IMG/VR virus record: IMGVR_UViG_3300010234_000011
Coordinates: 1-61,633 of that record
Origin: a virus
Lineage: Duplodnaviria; Caudoviricetes
Direction: 5' to 3' (one strand)
Length of the DNA: 61,633 nucleotides
The position numbers were made by a program, and so were the translations under genes. Below the pieces are notes generated by a model. It saw only the letters and a list, made by a program, of their open reading frames with translations, did no database searches and was not told the origin of the DNA. Shown piece by piece: positions 38,530 through 48,044 of this stretch (position 1 is its first letter; the number at the start of each line of letters is the position of its first letter).

Positions 38530-39435
38530 CTAGGCGCCGGGTGACGCAAACATGCCGAGCGGATCGCTCGCGCCAAACACATAGCGTTCGCGCGCTTTGT
38601 AACGCACGTTGCCTGTGTCGAAGTCGCCGTCCATGGACGTTGACATCGGGGTACGGGTGAAGTGCTTCATCCCGTTCGGGCAGTCTGTCTTGAGGAACCA
38701 CGCATCAGTATCTGTCAGGTAGTGATTGACACGAAACCCCTCGGGGATTGACCCGTTGGACACCATAGCGTTGATGTCGTTGTCTGCCGTACCCACCCGC
38801 ATTTCCGTCTGCAGAAGGCGAGTCGCGGTAAACATAAGCGCCGGTGGGACAATCAGCTTGCGTGGCTGGCACGCAATCAGAAGGCCCCGTTCGTCAACAA
38901 ATGCCGCGATGTCAATAATCGCCTGTTCGAGAGATGTCTCGTTCAGGTCTGCAGCTGTCGCCAGCTCGTTTCGGTTATTAACACCCGCAACAGTCGGGTG
39001 GTCCGTGTCGAACAGATACTGTCCGTCACCGGTTGTGTACGTGTCGAAGCCAGTATTAAGCAGCGACGCGGCTTTGACCTGCTTGGTGTATGCCATCGCA
39101 CGAGCAAGTGCTTTGGTGTACCTAGCGGACAGGGAGTCGTAGAGGTTGTCCTCCATCGCCTCTTCCGTGATACTGAAGCCCATGGCCACAGTTTCATGGA
39201 TGTATTTGGCGGTGAACGCTTCCTGACCATTGTCGTACGAAATGGACTCGCCTTCCTGCTTAACAGGGGCGGCTCCAAAACCGGACAATTTGGTCTCTTC
39301 CTCGAACGAACGCTCTGACGACTCATTGTCATAAATCTCAGCGTGCTCGTTCTCGTACTTCTTATACTCCAGACCGAACAGTGCGTTCAGGCCGGGTAGC
39401 AGCTCTTTAAGGAGCTGTGCGCGGGTAATTGCCAT
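38530..39435 (-). CDS. major capsid protein (HK97 fold, Mu gpT-like)
   Basis: MAITRAQLLKELLPGLNALFG, GFG.APVK.EG, ARYTKALARAM; follows the scaffold and decoration genes and precedes a strong terminator. Confidence 0.88.
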   Translation of the reverse strand: MAITRAQLLKELLPGLNALFGLEYKKYENEHAEIYDNESSERSFEEETKLSGFGAAPVKQEGESISYDNGQEAFTAKYIHETVAMGFSITEEAMEDNLYDSLSARYTKALARAMAYTKQVKAASLLNTGFDTYTTGDGQYLFDTDHPTVAGVNNRNELATAADLNETSLEQAIIDIAAFVDERGLLIACQPRKLIVPPALMFTATRLLQTEMRVGTADNDINAMVSNGSIPEGFRVNHYLTDTDAWFLKTDCPNGMKHFTRTPMSTSMDGDFDTGNVRYKARERYVFGASDPLGMFASPGA

Positions 39436-39447
39436 TAGTCAGTCTCC

Positions 39448-40062
39448 TTACAGCCCGACGTTATTGGTGTAACGATGGAAACCATCGTTGAACTTAACCA
39501 ACACGTCAGGATACGTATCCGAAGGTGCAGACACGTGTGATACAATACGGAATGACTTAGCGGTCGTGGCAACCGTAGCATCCAACGCAGAGGTGGAATT
39601 GCCAGTCACAGTCGATCCCGTGCTAGTAGACTGCACAGCGGCGAACGTGGTGTTCGTGCCAATGACAGTCTGCGCTCCTGCAGCGTCGAGCTGCGCTTGG
39701 AACAACACATTCGGATCGTCTACGACGAGAGCCCGAATCTCTGTACCGGTGGGAGCCGCGTACCCTGTGGGGTAGTACTGAGCAGTGACGAACTGACCCT
39801 GCGCATTAACATACGAGCACCCAACGAAGACGCCGAGAGCACCGATGCTGCTGCCGCCAAGGTTGTTAGTCGTTGCGTCTGCACCGGACGCAGTGGCCAG
39901 AGCCACATATCCGTCGGCACCAAGAATAACGACCTGACCATAGTACAGGTTAGTCGCTTCTCCGGCCGGGTCGATGAGATACTGGGTAACCGCCCCAGAA
40001 TACGGTAGGCCGTCCGCACGTTTCACCGGCTTCAGGCCATAGGGAGAGGCAGTGCTTGCCAT
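39448..40062 (-). CDS. capsid decoration/cement protein
   Basis: PYGLKPV, GVFVGCSY, VVDDPNVLF; immediately upstream of the MCP. Confidence 0.65.
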   Translation of the reverse strand: MASTASPYGLKPVKRADGLPYSGAVTQYLIDPAGEATNLYYGQVVILGADGYVALATASGADATTNNLGGSSIGALGVFVGCSYVNAQGQFVTAQYYPTGYAAPTGTEIRALVVDDPNVLFQAQLDAAGAQTVIGTNTTFAAVQSTSTGSTVTGNSTSALDATVATTAKSFRIVSHVSAPSDTYPDVLVKFNDGFHRYTNNVGL

Positions 40063-40101
40063 GATTAGTCTCCTATAGCGAAAAAAACTACCAGAGAGGG
40101 G

Positions 40102-40548
40102 TTATCCCTCTCCGAACGATGTGCGTGTGGACCGATCCGGTTTAAGGACGGGCATACGTGGATCAGACTGCTTCAGATACGAATTATCAACTGACGCCAT
40201 CTGACTGTCGGCTTGTGCAAGCTGTTGCTTGATACGGTCGTCGGAAATATCCTTGTCGATGGCGCACAAAAGCAGCCCGCCAGACTCGATATTACCTTCA
40301 AATTTGGAGTCGTGGTCCGGCAGGGCCATGATCTCCGGGTGGTCGTCGGCCCTCACAGGCACATAACCTTCACGGAACCGCGCAGACACATTGGGACTAT
40401 CACTTTGCCCCTGTGTAGAAGTCCGCACATACCGGAAATGAACCCCATCCTTGGGGTTGGGTGTCGCTAGCGCTGAAGGCCGTACCCATGTCTTCTTACG
40501 GGCTGTACGCTCTCGCGTATCCTGATCTCGTGGGGTGCGGTCAACCAT
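40102..40548 (-). CDS. head morphogenesis protein, function unknown
   Basis: W.RPS.L..P....G..FRYVR...N.S.RFREGY.PV...GGLLLC; between the scaffold and decoration genes. Confidence 0.7.
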   Translation of the reverse strand: MVDRTPRDQDTRERTARKKTWVRPSALATPNPKDGVHFRYVRTSTQGQSDSPNVSARFREGYVPVRADDHPEIMALPDHDSKFEGNIESGGLLLCAIDKDISDDRIKQQLAQADSQMASVDNSYLKQSDPRMPVLKPDRSTRTSFGEG

Positions 40549-41533
40549 TGTCTTGGTCCCTCATAACTTGTTCAGCGTACTGTTTGTTGGTGACCCCTAA
40601 ACGCTTAGCAATAGCGGCCTGCGACGCGGTTAACTTTACTCGGCGTGGTGATTTGGAGGTTCGTGCTGCGGGCGTCACCACGTTAGTCGCCTTTCGTCGG
40701 GGAGTAACCGTCTCCGCCTCTGAAAACTCATCAGCAAAACGCCGCCGCATGGTGGCGTCTATCTCTGTATAGTACGCATCGCTGTTAGGATCAACGCCAT
40801 TTTTTACTAGACGTTCGTGGATGCCCAGCGCAGCGCCGGTCATTTCCTCGTTCTTACCGTACCAAGAGTCGTTCTCCGCCAGCCATGCCTTCTGCTTGGG
40901 GTCAAGTTGCGGTGGTTGTGGTGCCGCTTGTTGGGGCTGGGGTTGGGGTCGGGGCTGAGACGGGGTAGCCGCCTGCTGTTGGCGTGCCGGGGGCCGCCAC
41001 GATTCAATCCGGTACAAGTCGTTCTGCGCCCGCGATAGCGACTTCTGCGCCTCCATCAGCGCATCTGTGTCCCCCGCCTCATACGCTTGCCTATATGCAG
41101 ACTCCGCGTTGGCCATTTGTGCCTCCGCGCGCTCCTTGGCCTGCGTTACTGCGTACTCCTGCCCCTTAGAGGACATCTCCTGCAGGCGCTGATTGTCCTG
41201 CTGCACGGTCTGGGCGTAGTTGATCGCCTCCTCCCGCTGGCGGATAGCCTCCTGCCGCTGCCGTTCCGCCTCTTTAGCCTCAAACGTCAGCTTTTTAAGG
41301 CGTTTCTGCACACCTTCACTGTAGTTTTCCAACTCAGTGTCGTCCGGAATATCCGCCGCGACGTCCTCGGCCCTGCGGGGCTTGTCCTGCGGATCGACTT
41401 CATCAACAACCTCTACCTCTAGGTCATCGTCGTCCTCTTTTACCTTGGCCTCGGCCTCGGTTTGCTCCAGATCAGCGTCGAACTCATCCTCGAGATCGTC
41501 CTGCACGGGGTTTGGGGTGGCGTTCATACTCAT
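40541..41533 (-). CDS. capsid scaffolding protein
   Basis: Acidic N-terminus, long coiled coil, basic C-terminus (V.LT.SQ.AIAKRLGV...YA). Confidence 0.75.
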   Translation of the reverse strand: MSMNATPNPVQDDLEDEFDADLEQTEAEAKVKEDDDDLEVEVVDEVDPQDKPRRAEDVAADIPDDTELENYSEGVQKRLKKLTFEAKEAERQRQEAIRQREEAINYAQTVQQDNQRLQEMSSKGQEYAVTQAKERAEAQMANAESAYRQAYEAGDTDALMEAQKSLSRAQNDLYRIESWRPPARQQQAATPSQPRPQPQPQQAAPQPPQLDPKQKAWLAENDSWYGKNEEMTGAALGIHERLVKNGVDPNSDAYYTEIDATMRRRFADEFSEAETVTPRRKATNVVTPAARTSKSPRRVKLTASQAAIAKRLGVTNKQYAEQVMRDQDNG

Positions 41534-41895
41534 ACCCTCTCAAATTCGCGAGGATCGGATACAACCGCCTCGACAGTGTCATCGTTAATAAGGCGAAACT
41601 CGGAATCCCGGAGCTTGAACCGAGTCCCGGAGTACGACCGGAACAGGACAAAGTCCCCCACTGCGCAATACGGCCCTGAAACAAACTTGTCCGGGTCTGT
41701 GTACGCATCTGGCCCAGCGGCTACGACGTAGCCAATGATAGAGGCTGTCTGTTCTCGGGATTTTAGCTCATCGGGGAGATATACGCCCCCCTTAGTCTGT
41801 TTCCCTACCTCTACAGTCGCAATAAGCAGCTTGTAACCTGTAGGTGTAGGTAGGAGGTCCTGTACCTCCTGCGGAATATTTGTACCCTCGTACAT
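41530..41895 (-). CDS. groES: GroES-like co-chaperonin
   Basis: P.GYKLLI, TKGGVYLPD mobile loop, VVAAGPDAY, VGDFVLF..YSGT, RLINDD.V.AVV. Confidence 0.85.
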   Translation of the reverse strand: MYEGTNIPQEVQDLLPTPTGYKLLIATVEVGKQTKGGVYLPDELKSREQTASIIGYVVAAGPDAYTDPDKFVSGPYCAVGDFVLFRSYSGTRFKLRDSEFRLINDDTVEAVVSDPREFERV

Positions 41896-41964
41896 ACTTT
41901 AGTCCTTCGCGACGAACTGGCCCGCCGTAGCCTGCACCGGACAACCCGGCGATGTCGTGCGCCC

Positions 41965-42147
41965 CTAAGAGTCTAGGTAGCGTTTCTCAACCTCAGTCGT
42001 CATAGCCAGCACATCCTCAAGTGCGCGTATGCGCGACGTCATGCGTATATACTCCTCCATAGTAGCCGCTCCCCCGGAAGCTACGGCGTCAGCGAGAGTA
42101 GCCCGCATATCCTCAATCTGGGACCTAAGCCCCTCCAGAATCTCCAT
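41965..42147 (-). CDS. small coiled-coil protein after the portal
   Basis: 60 aa, overlapping the portal stop. Confidence 0.65.
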   Translation of the reverse strand: MEILEGLRSQIEDMRATLADAVASGGAATMEEYIRMTSRIRALEDVLAMTTEVEKRYLDS

Positions 42148-44596
42148 TATCTGCCTCTCCGGCCATGGACTCGGCCAATTTCAGACTCAGCTCGGCGCTC
42201 TTATGCCGGTCTTCCCTGTCTGTCTTCTCTACCTCGGTGGCCAGACGTGCCGCCACGTTGGCGGCGTTGCGTTTGATGTCCGACTCCAGCCGCTCCTCGC
42301 CAAGTGTCAGGTTCCCGGCGATCTTCTGCGCCTCCAGCTTGAGTTTCTCGGCGTCCAGCACGGCGTCGTGCTTGGCCTCGGCCTCTTTCAGCGCGATTTC
42401 GCGCTCTTTTATCTGCAGCTCGGTGCGCTGAATATGCGTAAGCGGGTCCTTCTCGGCGTCTTCTTGGGCCTTGGCCGCCATCTCGTCCTTGTTTTTGTTG
42501 AGTAGCCTGTCTGCGGCTTCTGCGACGAGACGCGACACTTCCAGCTCCACCTCTTCGGACATCGGCTCTTCCGGGTCCGGCATGGGCACGCCCAGCTGCT
42601 TCTGTATCTCGGTGCGATACGCCATCGCCACATGTTCCGTAATATGCGCGGCCATAGCGGCCTGAATAGCCCCGGCGAACGGCGACTGTCCCACCATCTC
42701 CCTTATCTTGGGGTCCTCCGCCGCAGCCATGTGCACCCGGATGTGTGCTTCATGGTCCTGATACTGGAACGCCTTCACCGGCTCCTGCGTCAGCAACGCC
42801 ATATTCTCGGTAGCCGGGTCCGCGGGCTTGAGGTCGTCCGGCAGATTTATGATGTCCTCCGCGTCCGGGATATTCAGCGCCTCCAGCATCCCCCTGTGCA
42901 GCTTGCCTATGTCGTACAGCTGCGGAGCCTGCTGAGACAGCTGTAGCGCTGCCTGATACTGTACAACCCGCTGCGCCATTGTGGCTGCGTTGGGGTCAGA
43001 CACGGGCAGGATATCTATCCTGTCATCAAAATCCTTCGCGCGAGTGGCTCCCTCGTCCACGTCGTAGGAGTACTCCGGACCCATAAAGTCCCGCACAACA
43101 GCAGCGATCAGGACGAGTTCCTTGCGCATGGCGGCGTGCAGGCGCGCCTGAACCCCCGACATAACCTTCATGGACCGCTCCAGCAGGGCAAGCGTTGTCC
43201 CTACCGGTGCCTCCGGATTCATGTTCCCTACCTGAATATCTGCGATAGACCCGATCCTGCGCCCCTCGTCGACAATATTCCCCAACAGCTGGTAGAGCAC
43301 GCTGGACGGCTCCTTGAAGGGCAGCGGCATGAGCGCATCGCGCAAAGATGCGCCGGGGACGTCGATGTCCCGGAACTCTCCGGGAGCGAGCGGGGTGTCG
43401 TCCCCCTTGATGCGCGCCCCCTTGGCCTTAAACCCGGCAGGGAGGTTAGACAGCGTACCTGCATCTATCAGCTGTCGTAGGATGGACGTAGCGGACTTCG
43501 TGAGTCCGCCTATGAGATGGATGAGGCCAAGGCCGTAAAATCCCATGCCCGGCAAGTACTTATAGTGAGTAAAGTGCACCCGCTTACGCTGCTTAGGGTC
43601 ATCTTCGTACCAATTCCTGCGTATGGACAGCACCGTACGCGATGTTTTGTCTATTGTGACGATGTACGGTAGTGGGAGCGCGGCATTATCATCATCATCA
43701 TCATCTTCATCCGATTGCGGCAGCACCATCGTCACATGTATTTCAAGGATAGTATGCCGGTCGTCGTCATCCAGCACTGCGTCCTCTCCGGCCAACTCGT
43801 TATACTTCTCCTGAATATCCGAAAATTCAGGTGCAGGCTCCGGCAGCTCCACATCATCATAAAAGCCCGCTGCCTGCAGCTGGAGTACCTCCACAGGGGA
43901 CTTCTTCATTACGTGGGTGTATCGTTCGCAGGTAAGTAAATCGCTGGCCCCGTATGGAGCCACGAAATCCTCTGCGGGTACAAATACGGACTTAGGCTGC
44001 TCAAACACCGGGTCGAAATACACCTTCTTGAAGGCGCTACCAGCCATAGGCAGCTGGAACAGCATCTGCTCGAGCTCATCCCGGTAGTCCGTCATCTCCG
44101 CCGTCAGGAGGTAATTCAGCTCGTGCTCCACACGCGCGGACTGCTTGGTCTTTTCAGGAGTTGCCTTACCGACAACCTTGCAGCGTACCGGACCGGCAGC
44201 GGGGAATAGCTCTCCCATGGCCTGCGCCTGAAACCTGACGATTGCCTCCGTAAGCATGGGGTGGAACACCCCGGCAGCGCCCTGCCACGGAGCCGAGCGG
44301 TCCTCGGACTTCAACCCCAGCAAATCCAGACCACCCACATAGGCGGTCGCCCAGTCCCTACGCGCCGTACGGTCGTTCTCGAAATCCTGCACCAGCTCTG
44401 CCGCCAGCGAAGCCAGCGCGGATTCATCCAGCGTCGCCACGAGGTTCTCGTCGTGGTCCCCACCGTCCTCCAGCAGGTCCTCCAACATGTCGACAGCGTC
44501 CTCCCCGTCGACCTCAATCTCAATCTCGAACTCGCTGTCCGGAATCTCCTCAACCACGAAAGGTGTGGCTGCGCGCTCTACGTTATTTACTGCCAT
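42125..44596 (-). CDS. portal protein (podovirus/P22-like)
   Basis: 823 aa downstream of terL; HP.L.EA.VRFQA, GSAFKKVYFD, LRQL.DAGTL.NLPAG; C-terminal coiled-coil barrel. Confidence 0.88.
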   Translation of the reverse strand: MAVNNVERAATPFVVEEIPDSEFEIEIEVDGEDAVDMLEDLLEDGGDHDENLVATLDESALASLAAELVQDFENDRTARRDWATAYVGGLDLLGLKSEDRSAPWQGAAGVFHPMLTEAIVRFQAQAMGELFPAAGPVRCKVVGKATPEKTKQSARVEHELNYLLTAEMTDYRDELEQMLFQLPMAGSAFKKVYFDPVFEQPKSVFVPAEDFVAPYGASDLLTCERYTHVMKKSPVEVLQLQAAGFYDDVELPEPAPEFSDIQEKYNELAGEDAVLDDDDRHTILEIHVTMVLPQSDEDDDDDDNAALPLPYIVTIDKTSRTVLSIRRNWYEDDPKQRKRVHFTHYKYLPGMGFYGLGLIHLIGGLTKSATSILRQLIDAGTLSNLPAGFKAKGARIKGDDTPLAPGEFRDIDVPGASLRDALMPLPFKEPSSVLYQLLGNIVDEGRRIGSIADIQVGNMNPEAPVGTTLALLERSMKVMSGVQARLHAAMRKELVLIAAVVRDFMGPEYSYDVDEGATRAKDFDDRIDILPVSDPNAATMAQRVVQYQAALQLSQQAPQLYDIGKLHRGMLEALNIPDAEDIINLPDDLKPADPATENMALLTQEPVKAFQYQDHEAHIRVHMAAAEDPKIREMVGQSPFAGAIQAAMAAHITEHVAMAYRTEIQKQLGVPMPDPEEPMSEEVELEVSRLVAEAADRLLNKNKDEMAAKAQEDAEKDPLTHIQRTELQIKEREIALKEAEAKHDAVLDAEKLKLEAQKIAGNLTLGEERLESDIKRNAANVAARLATEVEKTDREDRHKSAELSLKLAESMAGEADNGDSGGA

Positions 44597-44881
44597 CTAA
44601 CACTTCCACCGTTTTCTGGCCTGCCGCAAACGACTGTTCGGGTCCTTGGCCGCCTTTGGGAACTTCTTCATCTGCCCGGCCGAACGTGCGCAGAACGATT
44701 TGCGCCGCTTCGCCGCCTTACTGCCCTCTTTGACTTCGCCGGTCACAGCAGTCTTTAGCTTAGAACCGGGGTTGGCCTTCCGGTGCGCCGCTACGCCCTT
44801 CTTAGTCATACCAGCGCCAGACTTAGTCTTGCGGTAGTTCCCGCCTTTGCCGGTGGTTCGTGGTATAGATTTGCCCGCCAT
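44597..44881 (-). CDS. small basic phage protein between terL and portal
   Basis: GMT.KGVAA.R.ANPGSKLK...RRKSFCARS.G...DPNSRL.QAR.RW.C. Confidence 0.7.
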   Translation of the reverse strand: MAGKSIPRTTGKGGNYRKTKSGAGMTKKGVAAHRKANPGSKLKTAVTGEVKEGSKAAKRRKSFCARSAGQMKKFPKAAKDPNSRLRQARKRWKC

Positions 44882-44884
44882 GGC

Positions 44885-46432
44885 TCAGTAATACTCGACT
44901 TTGTGCCGATATGGCAATGGTTCGTCGTCGTAGTCTGTAGGCAGCGTGATAAACCCACCCTGCCGAAACCGCATCAGCGCCATTACCGTAGAGTCTACGA
45001 GGTCATCATTTCTACCATTAGGAAACGCCGCGATCTCCTCAACGACCTCGTCAGCCCACGGCTTATTCGGCACCCAGACCATGCCACTAGCGATAATATC
45101 AGCGACAGCGTTGAGCCTCGCGTACTTGTCACCGGTACCCCGGTGGGGCGTATACTCCTGCACGGGGATACCCGTACGGCGTAGTTCTTGGTATATAGCC
45201 GTACCCGCGGACTTCTTCTCCACGATAAACGAATCCGGCTCCCACTTGTTCCAGTGCTGCAGGCAAACGTCTTTCAACTCCGGAAACTCAAAACGGTCCT
45301 TAATGGAATTTAGTAAGATCAACTCGTAACGGTCTGTTTCTTCGTTATTAAACACGCCCCACGTAGTAAGGGCGGTGAAGTCGGCACGGTTGTGTTTCTC
45401 TGCCGCAGCGTCGAGCGAGGAGATGACGTATTCGCAGGTGGGGGGTTTATCCTTATCCCAGCGGCTCCACCACTCCCGCTTGACCAATGCGGCTTCTTCG
45501 GACGTGGGGTCCTGCTGATACTGCGCGTTCCACTGGAACAGCGGCATACTGGCCTTGGTGCGGTGCAGCGCCTTCAGATCAAAGAACTCCGGCCACAACG
45601 CCGTCTCGTTCTTCTCCCCGGAGTTCAGGATCGCGGGGAACTCAAACACCTCGTACTGGTCTGCATCGGGTTTTTGTATCATATCGCGCGTAACGCGCCC
45701 AATCAGGTCGTCCTGCGACCACCGTGTAGCCACGATAGCTACAGCACCGCCCGGCATCAGGCGGGTCCGGGCCCCGAATGTGAACCACTCATACGCCTTA
45801 TCAAACACGTTCAGATTGCCGCCAAGGATATCCTGCTCACTATGGGGATCGTCCACTACCAGCAGGTGCGCACCCCGGCCTGCTAGGGCCGCCCCGACGC
45901 CCGTAGCATAGAACTCACCCCCGGCACTGGTGTTCCAGCGCCCTGCACTCTTGCTGTCGATGGACAGCTGTATATCCGGAAAGACCTCCCGGTACTCCGG
46001 GGTGGCAATTAAGTTCCTGATCTTCCTACCGAAATCCACGGCGAGGTCCGTGGTGTGGCTGACAAGCATAACTTTGTGGTCCGGGTTTTTGCCGAGATAC
46101 CACGCGGTGTAGTATATAGATACAAGCTGAGACTTGCCGTGCCGCGGAGCCACGGACACGCATATACGGTCGCGTTTCCGGGCCTCGATATCCTCCAGCA
46201 GGGTCGCCAGCCGGGCGTGGTGAGCACCTACTTTGTAGTCTTTCTGCATGTGCTTGCAGAACTCGATCAGGCTCGTCTGCCGCTTGAGGCGCGTCTTTCG
46301 TACCTCCAGTTCGTCCATCATCCGGCTGACCTCGGTCAGCTCGTGCGGCGATAGCCGATCTATGTTCTTTAGCAGGAGCTTCAGCTCCGCCTCGGAGAAG
46401 CCGAGGTCAACCATCATCTGGCCCCACGTCAT
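44885..46432 (-). CDS. terL: terminase large subunit
   Basis: Walker A APRHGKS, Walker B LLVVDDP, TRW..DD coupling motif, RNase H-like SLDAA...DDLVDS. Confidence 0.92.
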   Translation of the reverse strand: MTWGQMMVDLGFSEAELKLLLKNIDRLSPHELTEVSRMMDELEVRKTRLKRQTSLIEFCKHMQKDYKVGAHHARLATLLEDIEARKRDRICVSVAPRHGKSQLVSIYYTAWYLGKNPDHKVMLVSHTTDLAVDFGRKIRNLIATPEYREVFPDIQLSIDSKSAGRWNTSAGGEFYATGVGAALAGRGAHLLVVDDPHSEQDILGGNLNVFDKAYEWFTFGARTRLMPGGAVAIVATRWSQDDLIGRVTRDMIQKPDADQYEVFEFPAILNSGEKNETALWPEFFDLKALHRTKASMPLFQWNAQYQQDPTSEEAALVKREWWSRWDKDKPPTCEYVISSLDAAAEKHNRADFTALTTWGVFNNEETDRYELILLNSIKDRFEFPELKDVCLQHWNKWEPDSFIVEKKSAGTAIYQELRRTGIPVQEYTPHRGTGDKYARLNAVADIIASGMVWVPNKPWADEVVEEIAAFPNGRNDDLVDSTVMALMRFRQGGFITLPTDYDDEPLPYRHKVEYY

Positions 46433-47018
46433 CCAGACGGGCCAGAAGCCCGTGCAGGTCCTCCTCTACAGGAGTGACGTCGATAATATCGTTTGTAGTA
46501 GTCAACTTCGACAGTTTTGTCCGCAGGGACTCCCGCAGGTCCTCTGTGGTCTGGTGGGTTATCGTCACTTCCTTGCGGTCGGAGAATAGCCCTACGTCAG
46601 TAATTTTGCCCAGTAGCTCCAAGGCACGCATACGTATCCGGGGGTCGGGGTTGTCCGACTCCTCCATCAGCTTGTTCGTTACGTAGTGGCGTATCTGTAC
46701 AGCGTCGTTCGCGACCTCGGTGCCAAAAGTTTTAAGCATCTGGTCGATGTGTCGTAGTGCGGCCGGGGTCATATCACCCATCCGTTTTGTTGTGACGTGG
46801 CGGGATGCCGTGTCGGGTGCAGCCGCGTAAGATACGAGTATCGCCGCAGCGTTTTTGCGGTCCTCGGCAGAGGACGTACCTATACTCATACCATTTTTTA
46901 CCAAGTATTCAACCGTAGCAGCTGCAGCGGCGGCACGCTCGGGGAGCGGAAGCGACAAGGGCGTAGGTGTGGTGGGGGTGCGGGGACCTAGGGTCGGTAT
47001 AAGGACTAGCTCTGGCAC
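46407..47018 (-). CDS. putative terminase small subunit
   Basis: Directly upstream of terL; RMRALELLGK...VGLF. Confidence 0.6.
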   Translation of the reverse strand: MPELVLIPTLGPRTPTTPTPLSLPLPERAAAAAATVEYLVKNGMSIGTSSAEDRKNAAAILVSYAAAPDTASRHVTTKRMGDMTPAALRHIDQMLKTFGTEVANDAVQIRHYVTNKLMEESDNPDPRIRMRALELLGKITDVGLFSDRKEVTITHQTTEDLRESLRTKLSKLTTTNDIIDVTPVEEDLHGLLARLDDVGPDDG

Positions 47019-47636
47019 TCAGGTGGTAACCCCGTCAATATCGTTGACTGACCGCACACCGTCCCGCAACGCCCCCTGTTGCATTGTTCGATACGCCCTC
47101 CTCACTATCTGCCTAGCGCGTTCGCGCCCAACGCTCAAATGCGACCCGATTTCCTCAAGCGTTGCGCCTTCAAAGTGCATTGAAAGGGCGACACCGTGCC
47201 GTTCTGGCAGATCATCCGACCACTTAGCAAGCAGGCGGCGTGCTTCTGTCATACTACCGCTTTGCAGTTGGGGCAGTTCCTCCGTATTCATCTCAATCTC
47301 TGCGGTGGACTTCTTTGCGCGCAGATTGCGGATGTGTTCCGGCCACAGTTCGTCAGGATACATTGCCAACGCCGCAGCGATGTTGCGCGATACTTCGCGC
47401 CACTCGCCCTTCCTCGTGACCGGACTAGAACGCAGGCAAATCAAGGCATTTATAGCTGTGACGTTCTGACCGCTTGCCCGTGCGAACGCCGCAACACTGG
47501 GGTGTGCCTTTCTGATTGCCCTTAGCAGTCGGCCGTTGCGAACGCCGATTTTTATGTTGAGGTCCTTTGCCTCGTCTCGGGCCCCGGCTTCCGCCTTGTG
47601 CAGCTTTTCTGGGGTATATAGTGTGGGTTTAGGCAT
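47019..47636 (-). CDS. two-HTH regulator: Ner/XRE-like N-domain plus sigma70 region-4-like C-domain
   Basis: IAAAL..YPDELWP (Ner-like); L.ER....L.M.F....TLEEIG..L.V.RER.RQI (sigma region 4). Confidence 0.7.
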   Translation of the reverse strand: MPKPTLYTPEKLHKAEAGARDEAKDLNIKIGVRNGRLLRAIRKAHPSVAAFARASGQNVTAINALICLRSSPVTRKGEWREVSRNIAAALAMYPDELWPEHIRNLRAKKSTAEIEMNTEELPQLQSGSMTEARRLLAKWSDDLPERHGVALSMHFEGATLEEIGSHLSVGRERARQIVRRAYRTMQQGALRDGVRSVNDIDGVTT

Positions 47637-47663
47637 CGTTGATCCTTTCTCGATCAGTGGTGC

Positions 47664-47692
47664 GGGCGGTGGCTGCTGATACAGCCCCGCCC
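47664..47692 (-). promoter_or_regulatory. leader hairpin, copy A (twin at 60349..60378)
   Basis: - strand gggcggggctgta-tc-agcagccaccgccc, shortly upstream of the RBS of 47636. Confidence 0.6.
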
Positions 47693-47936
47693 TTTTTGTA
47701 TTAGCTCCGCAAGAAATGTCAAGGAATCCCCGGACCTAGGGGGGTAGGTGTGGGAAGTATAGGATACCTGTTCTAGATCAAGGGCTTAGGGGGTAGGTGG
47801 GGGTCCGTTCGGCTAGAGGGTACTTGTATGGGGGGACAAAACGGGAACAAATGAGATTCGTTTTAGTGGAATAGAATTACACAGACGCGCGCCCCCGCCC
47901 GCCAAACAGGGGGGGACGCCCCCGGTAGGGTCTATA

Positions 47937-47957
47937 GGTTAAACGCGGCGTGTAACC
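47937..47957. promoter_or_regulatory. 21-bp palindrome copy (one mismatch), 9 bp upstream of a TTGACA -35
   Basis: ggttaaacg-cgg-cgtgtaacc; TTGACA at 47967-47972. Confidence 0.75.
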
Positions 47958-48044
47958 TCAGATCGGTTGACATGTGCCTCATTATGCTGCAATGTGTTCA
48001 TACGCGCTGCATTGGACGGCGCGCAACCAAACTAAGGAAACGAA

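Noticed and set aside
9700-46990. Numerous + strand ORFs overlapping the structural genes (e.g. 21809..22669, 24056..24850, 12688..13212)
   Set aside because: Antisense shadows of GC-rich, repeat-rich coding sequence with no recognisable motifs.
47664-47697. Plain + strand rho-independent terminator
   Set aside because: It has a T-run on the + strand but no upstream + gene, and its near-identical twin at 60349 lies in sense orientation before an RBS, so it is reinterpreted as a leader element.
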